Positions 24,706 to 36,224 of a stretch of 64,000 bases of DNA are shown here, in pieces. Every line of letters starts with the position of its first letter. Position 1 is the first letter of the stretch. Below the pieces are notes generated by a model. It was not told where the DNA came from and did no database searches. It worked only from the letters and a program-made list of their open reading frames with translations. This DNA is from Mobula hypostoma (lineage: Eukaryota), in contig NC_086097.1 in NCBI RefSeq assembly GCF_963921235.1, positions 238,454,001-238,518,000 on the forward strand, given 5' to 3'. The translations under genes were made by a program, and so were the position numbers.

Positions 24706-25914
24706 TATACCTCTTCAAATGTTCATAAATCCTGCCTCTGAGGATCTTCTCCATCAACTTACCAACCACTGAGGTAAGACTCACTGGTCTATAACTTCCT
24801 GGGCTATCTCTACTCCCTTTCTTGAATAAAGGAACAACATGTGTTACTCATCCCTCATTCATCCACCTTGGAAATCATCCTGATAATCTGGAGATCCAAG
24901 GTAAATAAATCCAGTGGATGAGGATGTACAAGTAGCCGGAAAAAAGGGGCAAAATTGTACCCATCCTTTCCTTCATTCCAAAACCCACCTTTGTGTGTGG
25001 GATTGCATCAAGCTGTGCATCGAACCAAAGTACCAAGTTCCTACCTGTCTCCAACGTTGTACAGGATAGGTCTGGCCTTGTTGCTGGGCAACACCCCAGT
25101 CAACTGGACATTGGCACACTACCTGTCCTCTGTTTTAAAGTTCTTCCAAGCAAACAGGGTATTGAACTAAAGCTGCTTCCCGACACTGTGTTGAATGAAC
25201 AAACACTACATTTAAGATTGAGCTTCCTTACTCTGGACGCTGTATTTGCGGATCCAAATGTTCTATCAATTCCTTCCAGCTCACATCCTCAAACTAAAGT
25301 CTTCAGGTGAAAACTATTCATCAAACTCATTTGCAGGCTTGCTAATAGCCCCCCAGCACTACAAGTAACTGAATGTATTCTTAAAAACAAGCAAATTAAT
25401 TCACAAGGGGCTGTTAAATCCTTCCAGAATATATTTCTTGCAGATCTGGATACAAAATGTTTTTACTTGTTGCTTCAGTGCACCTAAGCATCTGGTCCAG
25501 AGGGTTCAAATCCCAAGACAGAATTGAAGTGTTTTTCTTAAATATGATTGTGTGGTCGATTTTTTTTCGAGTTACAGCCATAACTTGAAAAAAGCCATAA
25601 CTTGGTAGATTTCCAACCCATAAATTTTAATGGATGTAAAATCAGGGCAGGATTATTCCCCAAACAAGTTTCTTGTGAACTCCACTTCTAACTGTGAGGA
25701 GTTCGTAATAAATTGACAACTGTGGTCTAATTTTTTAAAAATTCAATTCAAGATTATTTAATGTAATTTCCATTAAGTGTAAAGAAGAACAACATAATTG
25801 TTAATTCAGATCTGATGCATTACAAAAAAATAACACATTAACATTAAGAACACAATAATACAAAGAAGAATAAATATAAATACAAACATTAGTACACAAA
25901 GCAGCTTTTAATTG

Positions 25915-26855
25915 CACACAATACTCCAAGTGTGGTCACATGAGTGCCTTATAGAGCCTCAACATCACATCCCTGCTCTTATATTCTATACCTCTAGAAA
26001 TGAATGCCAACATTGCATTTACTTTCTTCACAACCGACTCATCCTGGAGATTAACCTTTCGGGTATCTTGCACAAGGACTGCCAAGTCCCTTTCCATCTC
26101 TGCATTTTGAATTCTCTCCCCATCTAAATAATAGTCAGCCCGTTTATTTCTTCCACCGAAGTGCATGACCAGACACTTTCCAACATTGTATTTCATTTGG
26201 CACTTCTTTGCCCATTCCCCTAAACTATCTAAATCTCTCTGCAGGTTCTCTGTTTCCTCAACACTACCCGCTCCTCCACCTATCTTTGTATCATTGGCAA
26301 ATTTAGCCACAAACTCATTAATACCATAGTCCAAATCATTGACATACATCATAAAAAGCAGCGGTCCCAACACTGACCCCTGTGGAACTCCACTGGTAGC
26401 CATCAGCCAGCCAGAATAGGATCCCTTTATTCCCACTTTCTGTCTTCTGCCAACCAGTCAATGCTCCACCCCTAGGAACTCCCCTGTAATTCCATGGGCT
26501 CTTATCATGCTAAGCAGCCTCATTTGCGGTACCTCGTCAAAGCTGTTCTGAAAATTCAAGTACACCATGTCTCCTGCATCTCCTTTGTCTACCCTGCTTG
26601 TAATTTCCTCAAAGAATTGCAGTAGATTTGTCAGGCAGGATTTTCCTTTCAGGAGACCATGCTAGCTTTGGCCTATCTTGTCATGTGCCTCCAGGTACTT
26701 CATATTCTCATCCCTAACAATCGATTCCAACAACTTCCCAACCACTGATGTCAGGCTAACAGGTCTATAGTTTCCTTTCTGCTGCCTCCCACCCTTCTTA
26801 AATAGCAGAGTAACATTTGCAATTTTCCACTCATCTGGAACAATGCCAGAATCTA
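25915..26855 (-). mobile_element. CR1 RT fragment
   Basis: ORF 25936-26436 reads [14 protein letters not shown]...KFANDTK. Confidence 0.9.
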
Positions 26856-27554
26856 TAAATAAGGTGACTCTGATGAGAAATAATAAAGTATTTTGGGGAT
26901 TGTGGAGGAACGGGTTAGTGAGTGGAAATGTTGATCAGCCTTACTGCTTGGGGAAAGTAATTCTTTTTGAGTCTGGCGGTCCTGGCATAGTTACTATGTA
27001 GCCCCCTCTCTGATGGGAGTGGGATGAACAGCCCATGACCCTTCATGATGTTACTGACTTTTTCCTGGCATCGTTCTGTACATATGCTCTTCCTGGCAGA
27101 TGGGGCTGTTGTCGGTGATACACTGGGCAGCTTTGACGACCTGTTGTGGAGTTCTCCATCAGGAACTTTTTGTGGGTAAGTTAACTTGATAAAACCTTGC
27201 CTCTGAAAAATTTAAGTAACTGAAAAAAGTGGACTTGATAGTCTTCTACACATGTAAATCAGGAAGAGTGTGGTAATTTTTCTCATTCTCTCACTTCGAT
27301 CAAAGGAGTACCAATCTACAAATAGTTTCAGACTAATGAGGTCAGTAATAGTTGAATTCTGCCCTACATCACCCTCCATAAAAGGTCCTTGTTGTATTCT
27401 CTGTACTTGAATCCACTTCCTGCATTTGTACGTGTTCATCTTAGCAATTTAAAATTACCTTGTTCTCCTGGTTTGAACATCACCTTCAAGTAGGCAACCT
27501 CCTTTTAATTAATACAGAGCTCTCCAGTTGCATTAGCAAGGCAAAAATGATAGG

Positions 27555-27562
27555 GTGTGTGT

Positions 27563-27638
<76 letters not shown>

Positions 27639-27643
27639 CAGAC
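27555..27643. repeat. Compound microsatellite (GT)n(GA)n(GACAGA)n
   Basis: Directly visible in the sequence. Confidence 0.95.
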
Positions 27644-28049
27644 CAGAACACACATTTATTCATGGGAATAATTTTAATTGAGAGCAGGGAAGAATGAACC
27701 TCTTTTATAAATAAAAGCAAGTATAATTATTGTACATGTATGCATCTTTAACAGGTAGACAACCTTTTAGATAATAACAGGGGATGAAGATCATTTAGCC
27801 ATTATGCCATGATCAAAACCTTAAAAGAGGAGCTTTGCACTTCATTCTTTTTACTTTTTTTTTGCAAGTTTACTTTTGCAATACTGCTTTCTGAACACTT
27901 ACTTACTTCTACTGGTCTCCTGTTGCATTTTTATGCACCATTGATAATAAAAACGTGATACTTTGCCCTTTTCTGACCTATGTCTTTACTTTAAAGGGAT
28001 GCAGTACAAACCACATAGTTTTCTCAAATTCAATATATGAACACAAGGC

Positions 28050-29210
28050 CATAAGACACAGGAGCAGAGATAAGCCATTTGGCCCATTGAGTCAGCTCTG
28101 CCATTCTAAAATTTCAAAGTACTTTGAATATCAGAGTATGTATACAGCATACAACCTGAAATTCATCCTCTTCACAGAAGTCCTCAAAACAAAGAAACCC
28201 CATAGAATCAGAGAAACATTGAAGCCCTGAAGCATGGCTGATTTATTATCCTTCTCATCGCCATTCTCCTGCCTTCTCCCATAATAAGACCATAAGATCA
28301 TAAGATATAGGAGCAGGAGTTGGACATTCGGTCCATCGAGTCTGCTCCACCATTCAATCATGGGCTGATCCAATTCTTCCAGTCATCCCCACTCCCCTGC
28401 TTTCACCCCATAACCTTTGATGCCCTGGGTAATCAAGAAACTATCTATCTCTGCCTTAAATATGCCCAATGACTTGGCCTCCACAGCTGCTTGTGGCAAC
28501 AATTTCCACAGATTTACCACCCAATGGACTAGAGTCCCGTACCATGGAAAATAACTTTGTCATATCTAATCTGTTCATAGAAACATAGAAAATAGGTGCA
28601 GGAGTAGGCCATTCGGCCCTTCAGGCCTTTTAACATTTGGCATGTTTCGATAAGATCCCCCCTCATTCTCCTGAACTCCGGGGAAAACAGCCCAAGAGCT
28701 GCCAGATGTTCCTCATACGGTAACCGTTTCAATCCTGGAATCATTCTCATGAATCTTCTCTGAACCCTCTCCAATGTCAGTATATCCTTTCTAAAATAAG
28801 GAGCCCAAAACTGCACACGATACTTCAAGTGTGGTCTCACGAGTGCCTTACAGAGCCTCAACATCACATTCGTGCTCCTATACTCTGTACCTCTAGAAAT
28901 GAATGCCAACATTGCATTCGCCTTCTTCACCACCGACTCAACCTGGAGGTTAACCTTTAGGGTATCTTGCAGAAGGACTCCCAAGTCCCTTTGTATCTCT
29001 GCATTTTGAAATCTTTCCCCATAATCTTTGACACCTTTACTGATCAAGAACCTATCAACCTCTGCTTTAAATATACTCAGTGACTTGGCCTCCATAACTG
29101 TCTATGGCAATATATTCCACAGATTCGCCATCCTCTGGCTAGTGACATTCCTGCATATCTCTGTTCCTTGTATTCTGAGGTTGTGCCCTTTGGTCCTAGA
29201 CTCTCCTGAA
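28050..29210 (-). mobile_element. Nested CR1 3' ends
   Basis: Several CR1 tails (cataagac, catagaaa) and RDLGVLLQ...RPHLKY..QFWAPY peptides. Confidence 0.85.
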
Positions 29211-29679
29211 TATAACTTCCATGATCTTTATTCTCCAAGGATATAAATCTTAGTATCCCAATGATTGCAAGCTGGTTGAACACCCAAGTTGGTGCAATCT
29301 TTCATTGGTTCTGTTACAGTTATTATTCTATTCTGAATTTATTGAGAATGTCCACAAATAAAATGAATCTTAGGGTTGTATATGGTGACATATATGTACT
29401 CAATTCTAATGAAAGAAATGAAAGAAGGCATTACTGAATTCTAATGAAAATCTCAACACTTAAATCTGCCCCGAAAATTGCAATTTTCTGCAAGGGATTC
29501 CTTCCTCCAGCAAGCAATTTATCCACTGCTGATTTCTTCAATCATTGTCCTAATCTGGTTTACTCAGTGAATATCACCGTTGCTCTACTAATTTCTGAAT
29601 GGTCTGTGAACCCATGAATACAGCCTCACTATTTTTGCTGTCTTTTTGCACCATAATTATATATTTTAAATTGCAATTA

Positions 29680-30512
29680 GATACCTGGTGGCCTCTTAAT
29701 TTCATACACCACTATGTAAGATTATTAATGCAAGTATTTAATCAGCCAATCATGAGGCTGCAATGCAACGCATCAAAGTATGCAGACATGGTCAAGAGGT
29801 TCAGTTGTTGTTCAAACCATACATCAGAATGGGGAAGAAATGTGATCTAGGTGACTTTGACCATGGAATGGTTGTTAGTGCCAGATGGGTTCATTTGAGT
29901 ATCTCAGAAACTGCTGAACTTTTGGGATTTTCATGCAGAACAGACTCTAGAGTTAACAGAGAATGGTACAAAAGTCAATGAAACATCTTGTGAGTGGCAG
30001 TTCTGTGGGTGTTAATGAAGTGGTTAAGGCATTGGACTAGCGACCTGAAGGTCGTGAGTTTGAGCCCCAGCCAAGGCAACGTGTTGTGCCCTTGAGCAAG
30101 GCACTTAATCACACATTGCTCTGTGACAACACTGGTGCCAAGCTGTATGGGTCCTAATGCTCTTCCCTTTGACAACATTGGTGTCATGGAGAGGGGAGAC
30201 TTACAGCATGGTCAACTGCTGGTCTTCCATACAACCTTGCCCAGGCCTGAGCCTTGGAAAGTGAAGACTTTCCAGGCACAGATCCATGGTTTTGCAAGAC
30301 TAATGGATGCCTAAAAAAAATGAAAAAAGTCAAAAGAAAATGGCCTGTCAATCTGACAGGAAGACAACAGTAATTCAAATAACTGTTCGTAACAACGGTG
30401 GTGTGCAGAGGAGCATCTCTGAACATATCACACATTGCACCTTGAAATGGAGGGGTTACAGCAGCAGAAGACTACAAACATACACTCAGTGACCACCTTA
30501 TTAGGTACAAGT
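29680..30512 (+). mobile_element. Non-autonomous Tc1-like element with transposase N-terminal remnant
   Basis: MGKKCDLGDFDHGMVVSARWVHLSISETAELLGFSCRTDSRVNREW (Tc1 paired-like HTH), continuing after the SINE as RKTTVIQIT...TLKWRGYSSRR. Confidence 0.8.
30015..30320 (+). mobile_element. tRNA-derived SINE inserted in the Tc1 element
   Basis: A-box-like gtggttaagg, B-box-like gtttgagccc, central gtgttgtgcccttgagcaaggcacttaa, poly-A end. Confidence 0.75.
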
Positions 30513-30849
30513 GGTATATACAACTTCTTCTAATTTCTAGAATATTTTATGTATTGCAATGTACTGCTGCCAGAAACCAACAGATTTCACAACATATGTC
30601 AGTGATAATAAACTGGATTCAGACTCTAATTCTGATTCTGATATCAATTATCACTTATATTTCTGTGTGGGTAGCAGGAAGCCATGTTGCCTCTCTGGGC
30701 TGTGGGAATTGCAATCAGTTCCCATCATATTGGCCCACTTCCACCCAGAATACCATTGCCCTCTAGCATGGATTATGACTAAACAAGACACTCAGCAGGT
30801 TATGTAAGCTCTATAAAGAAAGAAGCAATGTTAGCATTTCAGATCATTC

Positions 30850-31556
30850 AGCAGAATCCGTTGCAGAGTACAGCCAGGGATATGTTGTATATCGAGGAAG
30901 CGGAAGTGAGGCCAGCGGACAGGAGTCTGTTCCAGGAAAAAAGCAAGTCCTAGTTGGCCAGCTCTCCCGTCCATTCTGCTCTCCAATATCTGCTTGCTGA
31001 GGGAATCGGGCTCGCAGTCCTCGGAGTCGCCTGATGCCGGTGGCCGGAGGTGGGAACATCGTAAGCGGTGTGTGAGGAAGCGGAAGCGAGGCCAGCGGGC
31101 AGGAGTCCGTGCTGGGAAAAAAGCAAGCCGTAGCCGGCCGGCTCTCCCGTCCATTCTGCTCTCCAATGGACATTAAATTGGACTACATCCGACTCCAACG
31201 AAATACTCGGCCAGAGTACAGAAACGGACGTGATCCCGGACGCCACCATTCAGCTGTTTACTTATGTAACAGTTTCTCCCCCAAGCCATTGGACTACCAG
31301 CCTGCTGCCCTCCGCTGTGCCTATCGTCTTGTTTATTATTTATTGTAATGCCTGCACTGTTCTGTGTACTTCATGCAGTCCTGGGTTGGTCTGTAGTCTA
31401 GTGTAGTTTTTGTATTGTTTTATGTAGATCTGTGTAGTTTTTGTATTATTTCATGTAGCACCATGGTCCTGAAAAAAGTTGTCTCATTTTTACTGTCTAC
31501 TGTACCAGCAGTTATGGTCGAAATGACAATAAAAAGTGACTTGACTTGACTTGACT
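30850..31556 (+). mobile_element. Internally deleted (bipartite) Rex1/Babar-type element
   Basis: [31 protein letters not shown] (start of ORF) fused to a 3' UTR and (cttga)n tail; 94-bp direct repeat at 30894-30987 and 31074-31167. Confidence 0.65.
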
Positions 31557-31792
31557 CGACATCTCTTCACACCTTTGTTGCCTGAAATGCATCCCCCCCA
31601 TATCAGAAGGTGATGCAGCCAATGGGGGGGATGTGGGGGCAGGTGTGGGGGGGGGGAGGCCAGTGCACAAGATTGAAGTAATCTGCAGGGAATTGTAAAC
31701 TTAGTCATTTCCATCATGGGCACTAACCCCTGTAGTGTCCAGGACATCTTCAATGAGCAATTCCTCAAAAAGGCAGCCCCCCACCATTAAGG

Positions 31793-31973
31793 TGAACACA
31801 GCAGGCCAGGCAGCATCTGTAGGAAGAGGTACAGTCGACGTTTCAAGCCGAGACCCTTCAGAAGTGTCGACTGTACCTCTTCCTATAGATGCTGCCTGTC
31901 CTGTTGCATTCACCAGCATTTTTTGTGTGTGTTGCTTGAATTTCCAGCATCTGCAGATTTCCTTGGGTTTTCC
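31793..31973. mobile_element. Fold-back PLE pLTR derivative
   Basis: About 47-bp inverted arms (gcaggccaggcagcatctgtaggaagaggtacagtcgac / gtcgactgtacctcttcctatagatgctgcctgtcctgt) around a partial hammerhead; TSD ccattaagg at 31784-31792 and 31974-31982. Confidence 0.8.
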
Positions 31974-34900
31974 CCATTAAGGACCTCTTTCAGGCGTTGT
32001 TCTCTTTGCTACCATCAGGTAGGAGGTACAGAAGCCTGAAGGCACACACTCAGTGATTCAGAAACTGCTTCTTCCCCTTTGCCATCCAATTCCTAAATGG
32101 ATGTTGAACACATGAACATTAACTCACTACTTTTCTTTAATTTAACTTTTATATATGTGTATTACTGTAATTCTCATATGCTGGTGATACTAAACCTGAC
32201 TCTGATTCTGATAAAAAATGTGTCAAGTTGCCCCAATCTTACTTAATTTTAATCACCAATACCCAGACTATACAAAGTTACAAACTGCAAAACCAAATAC
32301 AATTTGCAACAAACAGATTATTTAATCTTGTATGTCAGTGTTCATTCACCACACATTCAACATTCTTATTCCATCAACATTACTTTCTTGATGCGGTGAT
32401 GAGCCTCACATCCCAATCACACTTCAGGGGAGTTAAAATATTTCACCCAGTTAAAACTTTTTTCCTGGCTGGAGAGAAGATCTAGCCCAAGTGGATGACT
32501 AAAAATGGAGCTAATATTAAATGAACTATAACTTCCTAACCACCTTTATTTAAATCTTCAACAGATGTGTAAAATTGTCTCTGCTCTAGTTCAACATTGC
32601 AATTTTCATTTGAAATATTTTTAGTTTGTTTCTGCTGCATTAATTCCCAATTTACATCAGAATAAAGGGTCTTTGTCATCTAATTTTGGCAGTTTTTTCC
32701 TCATGTGTTTCAAAGAATTACTTTGCCAGAATTTGCACTGAAGATTTGTTTCTAATACTGGTCTACCACTGTAATCTATGGTAGAAACAAAGTACAAGAT
32801 TAACTTCCTCTCTTAAATCTCAGAGAAAATAATTATCACATACAGCCATTCTTTGATACTTGAATATAAAATTATCTCCTTCATCTCAGAGGATTTCTTT
32901 TACTGTCATTTCACCTTTGTCCTTCCAAAAGCCTTTGGACCATGTTTGACTTTGGGAGATAGTGTAAAGCTGGCAATAACTGATCAACTTACTTAATCTT
33001 AACCCACAATATTCAGAATATTTAAAGTTACATAAAAACACATACAAATTGCAGCAGACAGAATATTTACTCTTCTATGTTAGTGATTATTCACCAAATC
33101 AGCCACCTCACATTCAAGATTCTTATTCCATTAATATTGCTTCCTCGATGCAGTGATGTGCTTCACATTCTAAAAGTACATCCTTCTATTCTGAGACTGT
33201 GCCCTCAGGTCCTAAACTCTCAGAGGGCACAGCCTCAGAATAGAAGGACATCTCTTTGGAAAAGGGATGAGGAGGAATTTATAATGTTCAACACTAAATA
33301 ATTAATATTTAGCCAGAGGGTGCTGAATCTGGGGAATTCATTGCCAAAGATGGCTGTGGAGATTAAAATTAGTGGTATATTTAAAGAGGAGGTTGACGGG
33401 TTTTTGATTAGTAATGGTGTAAAAGGTTACAAGGGAGAAGGCAGGAGAATGGGATTGAAAGAGATAATAAATCAGACAGGATAAAATGGTGGAGTAGACT
33501 CGATGGTCCGAATAGCCTAACACTGCTCCGTATTGTCTCCCTCTTCACTGATTTTCATTTCAATTTGCTTCAATGGGTAATTAAGCCCTTTTAATGTCAC
33601 TCCATATCAAATTAGTTCCCTATAATATCACAATTAATTTTTTTCATATATTAATTTCTTAATATGAGTCATTGCTTCCCTACTCGATATTATCCTTTAA
33701 GGACTTACTTTCACCATATGAATACAAGAACATAAAGCTGTACAGCACAGCACAGACCCTTTGGCTGACCTGCTCCACAATCAATCTAACTTTTCCCTCC
33801 TACATAGCCCATAACCTTTTTTTTAATCCATGTGTCTGCCCAAGATTTGCTTAAATGTCTGTCTGCAAAAAGTGATGGACACAGCTTAACACATCATGGA
33901 AACCAACCTTCAAACTCTCAACCCTCTTGATCTTAGTCCATTGAAGTACAACTTTTAAAAGTTCAAAGTACACTTATTATCAACGAATGTATACATTACA
34001 CAACCTTGAGATTCGTCTCCTTAAAAGCAGCCTCAAAACAATGTTGGAAAATGCATGGTTATCCACTTTGATAGTAAAAATAAATGCACAGACTACTTTC
34101 TACTACACCATTTTATAGCTTGGTAGTATCAGCTGTGTTTTAATTTGTTCTGTATTTCATTTAATACATAATTTGTTACCCAGCTTGTCTTCTATTATAG
34201 ATTTCCAAATATTTCTGTGAAACTTTGGCTAATTGAAGCAGCCGCTTAATTGGACCAAAATGTACTGGTCCCGATGTGTCTCAATTAACTGTATCAAGAT
34301 ATGGCAATTGACAGCGTCTTATCTAGTTTTTTTAGATTTTTCTTGAACTATCTGTCTATATCTCTAATTAAAAAATGCATCTTAAAAACTGAAATCCTAC
34401 TCTGTATACTGACAGGACGTTGTTAATAATTTTGATGATTTTCAATATTCAGTAATATTCAGTACATTTTCAAATATTTCAGAAGCATTCATTATTTTTA
34501 AACATAAGTTCTTCAGCATTTTATGGATTTTCCTTCCCATTGGTCATTTTTTTCCCCTTGAATCCTGTTTCATAACTACCACAAATCATAAGTAGCATAA
34601 ATCAAGTAGTTGTTAATGAACTTTTGCCACAAATATGAATCCAAGACTATGAAGAGTTTAGTTTATTTCAAGAAAACTTCCTCTTCAGAAAATTTCTCTG
34701 ATTCTGTAAATTATCCAATTCTACTTTATCACTGTAGGAACTGCTTACAAACTTCTTGTTTGAAAAGGGGTGATGCTTATTTCAAAATGCAAAGCTTTAG
34801 CTTCAGAGTACTATATTTAAGTAACAGAAAGGCAGCATATCTATGACTGATTCAATTGCCTCTGAAATATCTTATCAAGATTCAAGATGCAAGAAGGTTT

Positions 34901-35770
34901 AATGTAATTTCCAGTGCACAAGTGGAAAGGATCTGATGCAGCACAACAAAAAAAAACCCACAATGAGATAAAGAACACGAAAGAGCGCAAGAAATATAAA
35001 TACGTAAGTTAGCTTATATACATAGATAGATTGTATGTACATAATGTGATGCTACACACAGGAAGGTCTGTACATAAGGTGACTCTGACAGGAAATGATA
35101 AAGTAGTGGTGGTTGGGGGTGTGGAAGGGAGGTGGTTAGTGCATGGAAGTGTTGATCAGCTTTACTGCATGGGGAAAGTAAGTGTTTTTGAGTCTCGTGG
35201 TCCTGGAGGAAGCTTCTTGATGGGAGTAAGACAAACCGTCCACGAGAAGGGTGGGCGTGATCCTTCATGATGTTACTGGCCCTTTTCCAGCACAGCACTT
35301 CCCTGCACATATGTCCTCGATGGTGGGTAGGCTGGTCATTGATGAGTTGGGCAGTTTTGACTACCCGGTGTAGAGCATTTCTGTCTGCTGCAGTGAAGTT
35401 TCCACAGTGATGCAAGGCTTGTTAGGATGCTCTCTACTGAGAATGATGCGAGTATACTGTAAATGCGCATAGTCCAGCTCTATTTTGCCTCCTCAGAACC
35501 TTTTCTGATTGTGTAGAATATGTTCTGGGACCGTGAGAGGTTGTGCAAGCCGTGCACTCTAGCAGATGGAATCAGCTCGCACTTTCCTCTGCTGTGCCAC
35601 CGACGTAAAGAGAGATGTGAGAGGTGCGAGTTCTCCTGAAGCGTATAGACATCTCCTTTGTCTTATTGATGATGGAGAAGAGGTAATTTGCCTGGCATCA
35701 AGCCCTGAGCACTTCCACCTCCTCTACATCTGCCATGCGATAAGCCCTGCTGCTGTTGTGTCATTGGCGA

Positions 35771-36224
35771 CACGCACAACACGCTGGAGGAACTCAGCAG
35801 GTCGGGCAGCATCCGTGGAAAAGATCGGTCGACGTTTCGAGCCGGAACCCTTCGTCAGGACTGTAGGGGGAAGGGGCAGAGGCCCTATAAAGAAGGTGGG
35901 GGGAGGGTGGGAAGGAGAAGGCTGGTAGGTTCCAGGTGAAGAACCAGTAAGGGGGAAGATAAAGGGGTGGGGGAGGGGAGGCAGGGAGGTGATAGGCAGG
36001 AAAGGTGAAGAAAGAATAGGGGAAAACACAATGGGTAGTAGAAGGAGGCGGAACCAAGAGGGAGGTGGTAGGCAGCTGGGGGAGGGTGCAGTGACATAGG
36101 GATAGGGGAAGGGAGGGGAAGGGAATTACCGGAAGTTGGAGAATTCTGTGTTCATATCAAGGGGCTGGAGACTACCTAGACGGTATATGAGGTGTTGCTT
36201 TGATCCCAGCATCTGCAGCTTATT
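35771..36224 (-). mobile_element. 5'-truncated Penelope-like element with inverted pLTR tail (second subfamily)
   Basis: 15-bp TSD ttgtgtcattggcga at 35756-35770 and 36225-36239; ORF end QHLIYRLGSLQPLDMNTEFSNFR* (36197-36126); UTR; hammerhead. Confidence 0.85.
35826..35863 (-). ncRNA. Minimal type I hammerhead ribozyme
   Basis: Minus strand reads CAGTC-CTGACGA-A-GGGT(TCCG)GCTC-GAAA-C-GTC/GACCG; core intact and ACGT palindrome kept. Confidence 0.78.

Larger units (their letters stand above)
21665..24840 (-). mobile_element. CR1 LINE 3' portion hosting nested PLE and Tigger insertions
   Basis: [25 protein letters not shown] and RPHLEYC motifs; (tagaaaca)n tail at 21665; reading resumes across both insertions. 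Confidence 0.92.

Noticed and set aside
24955..25310. Overlapping 71-aa and 105-aa ORFs in unique sequence
   Set aside because: No recognisable family and no consistent splice signals
30015..30075. tRNA gene
   Set aside because: A and B boxes belong to a SINE head; no complete cloverleaf
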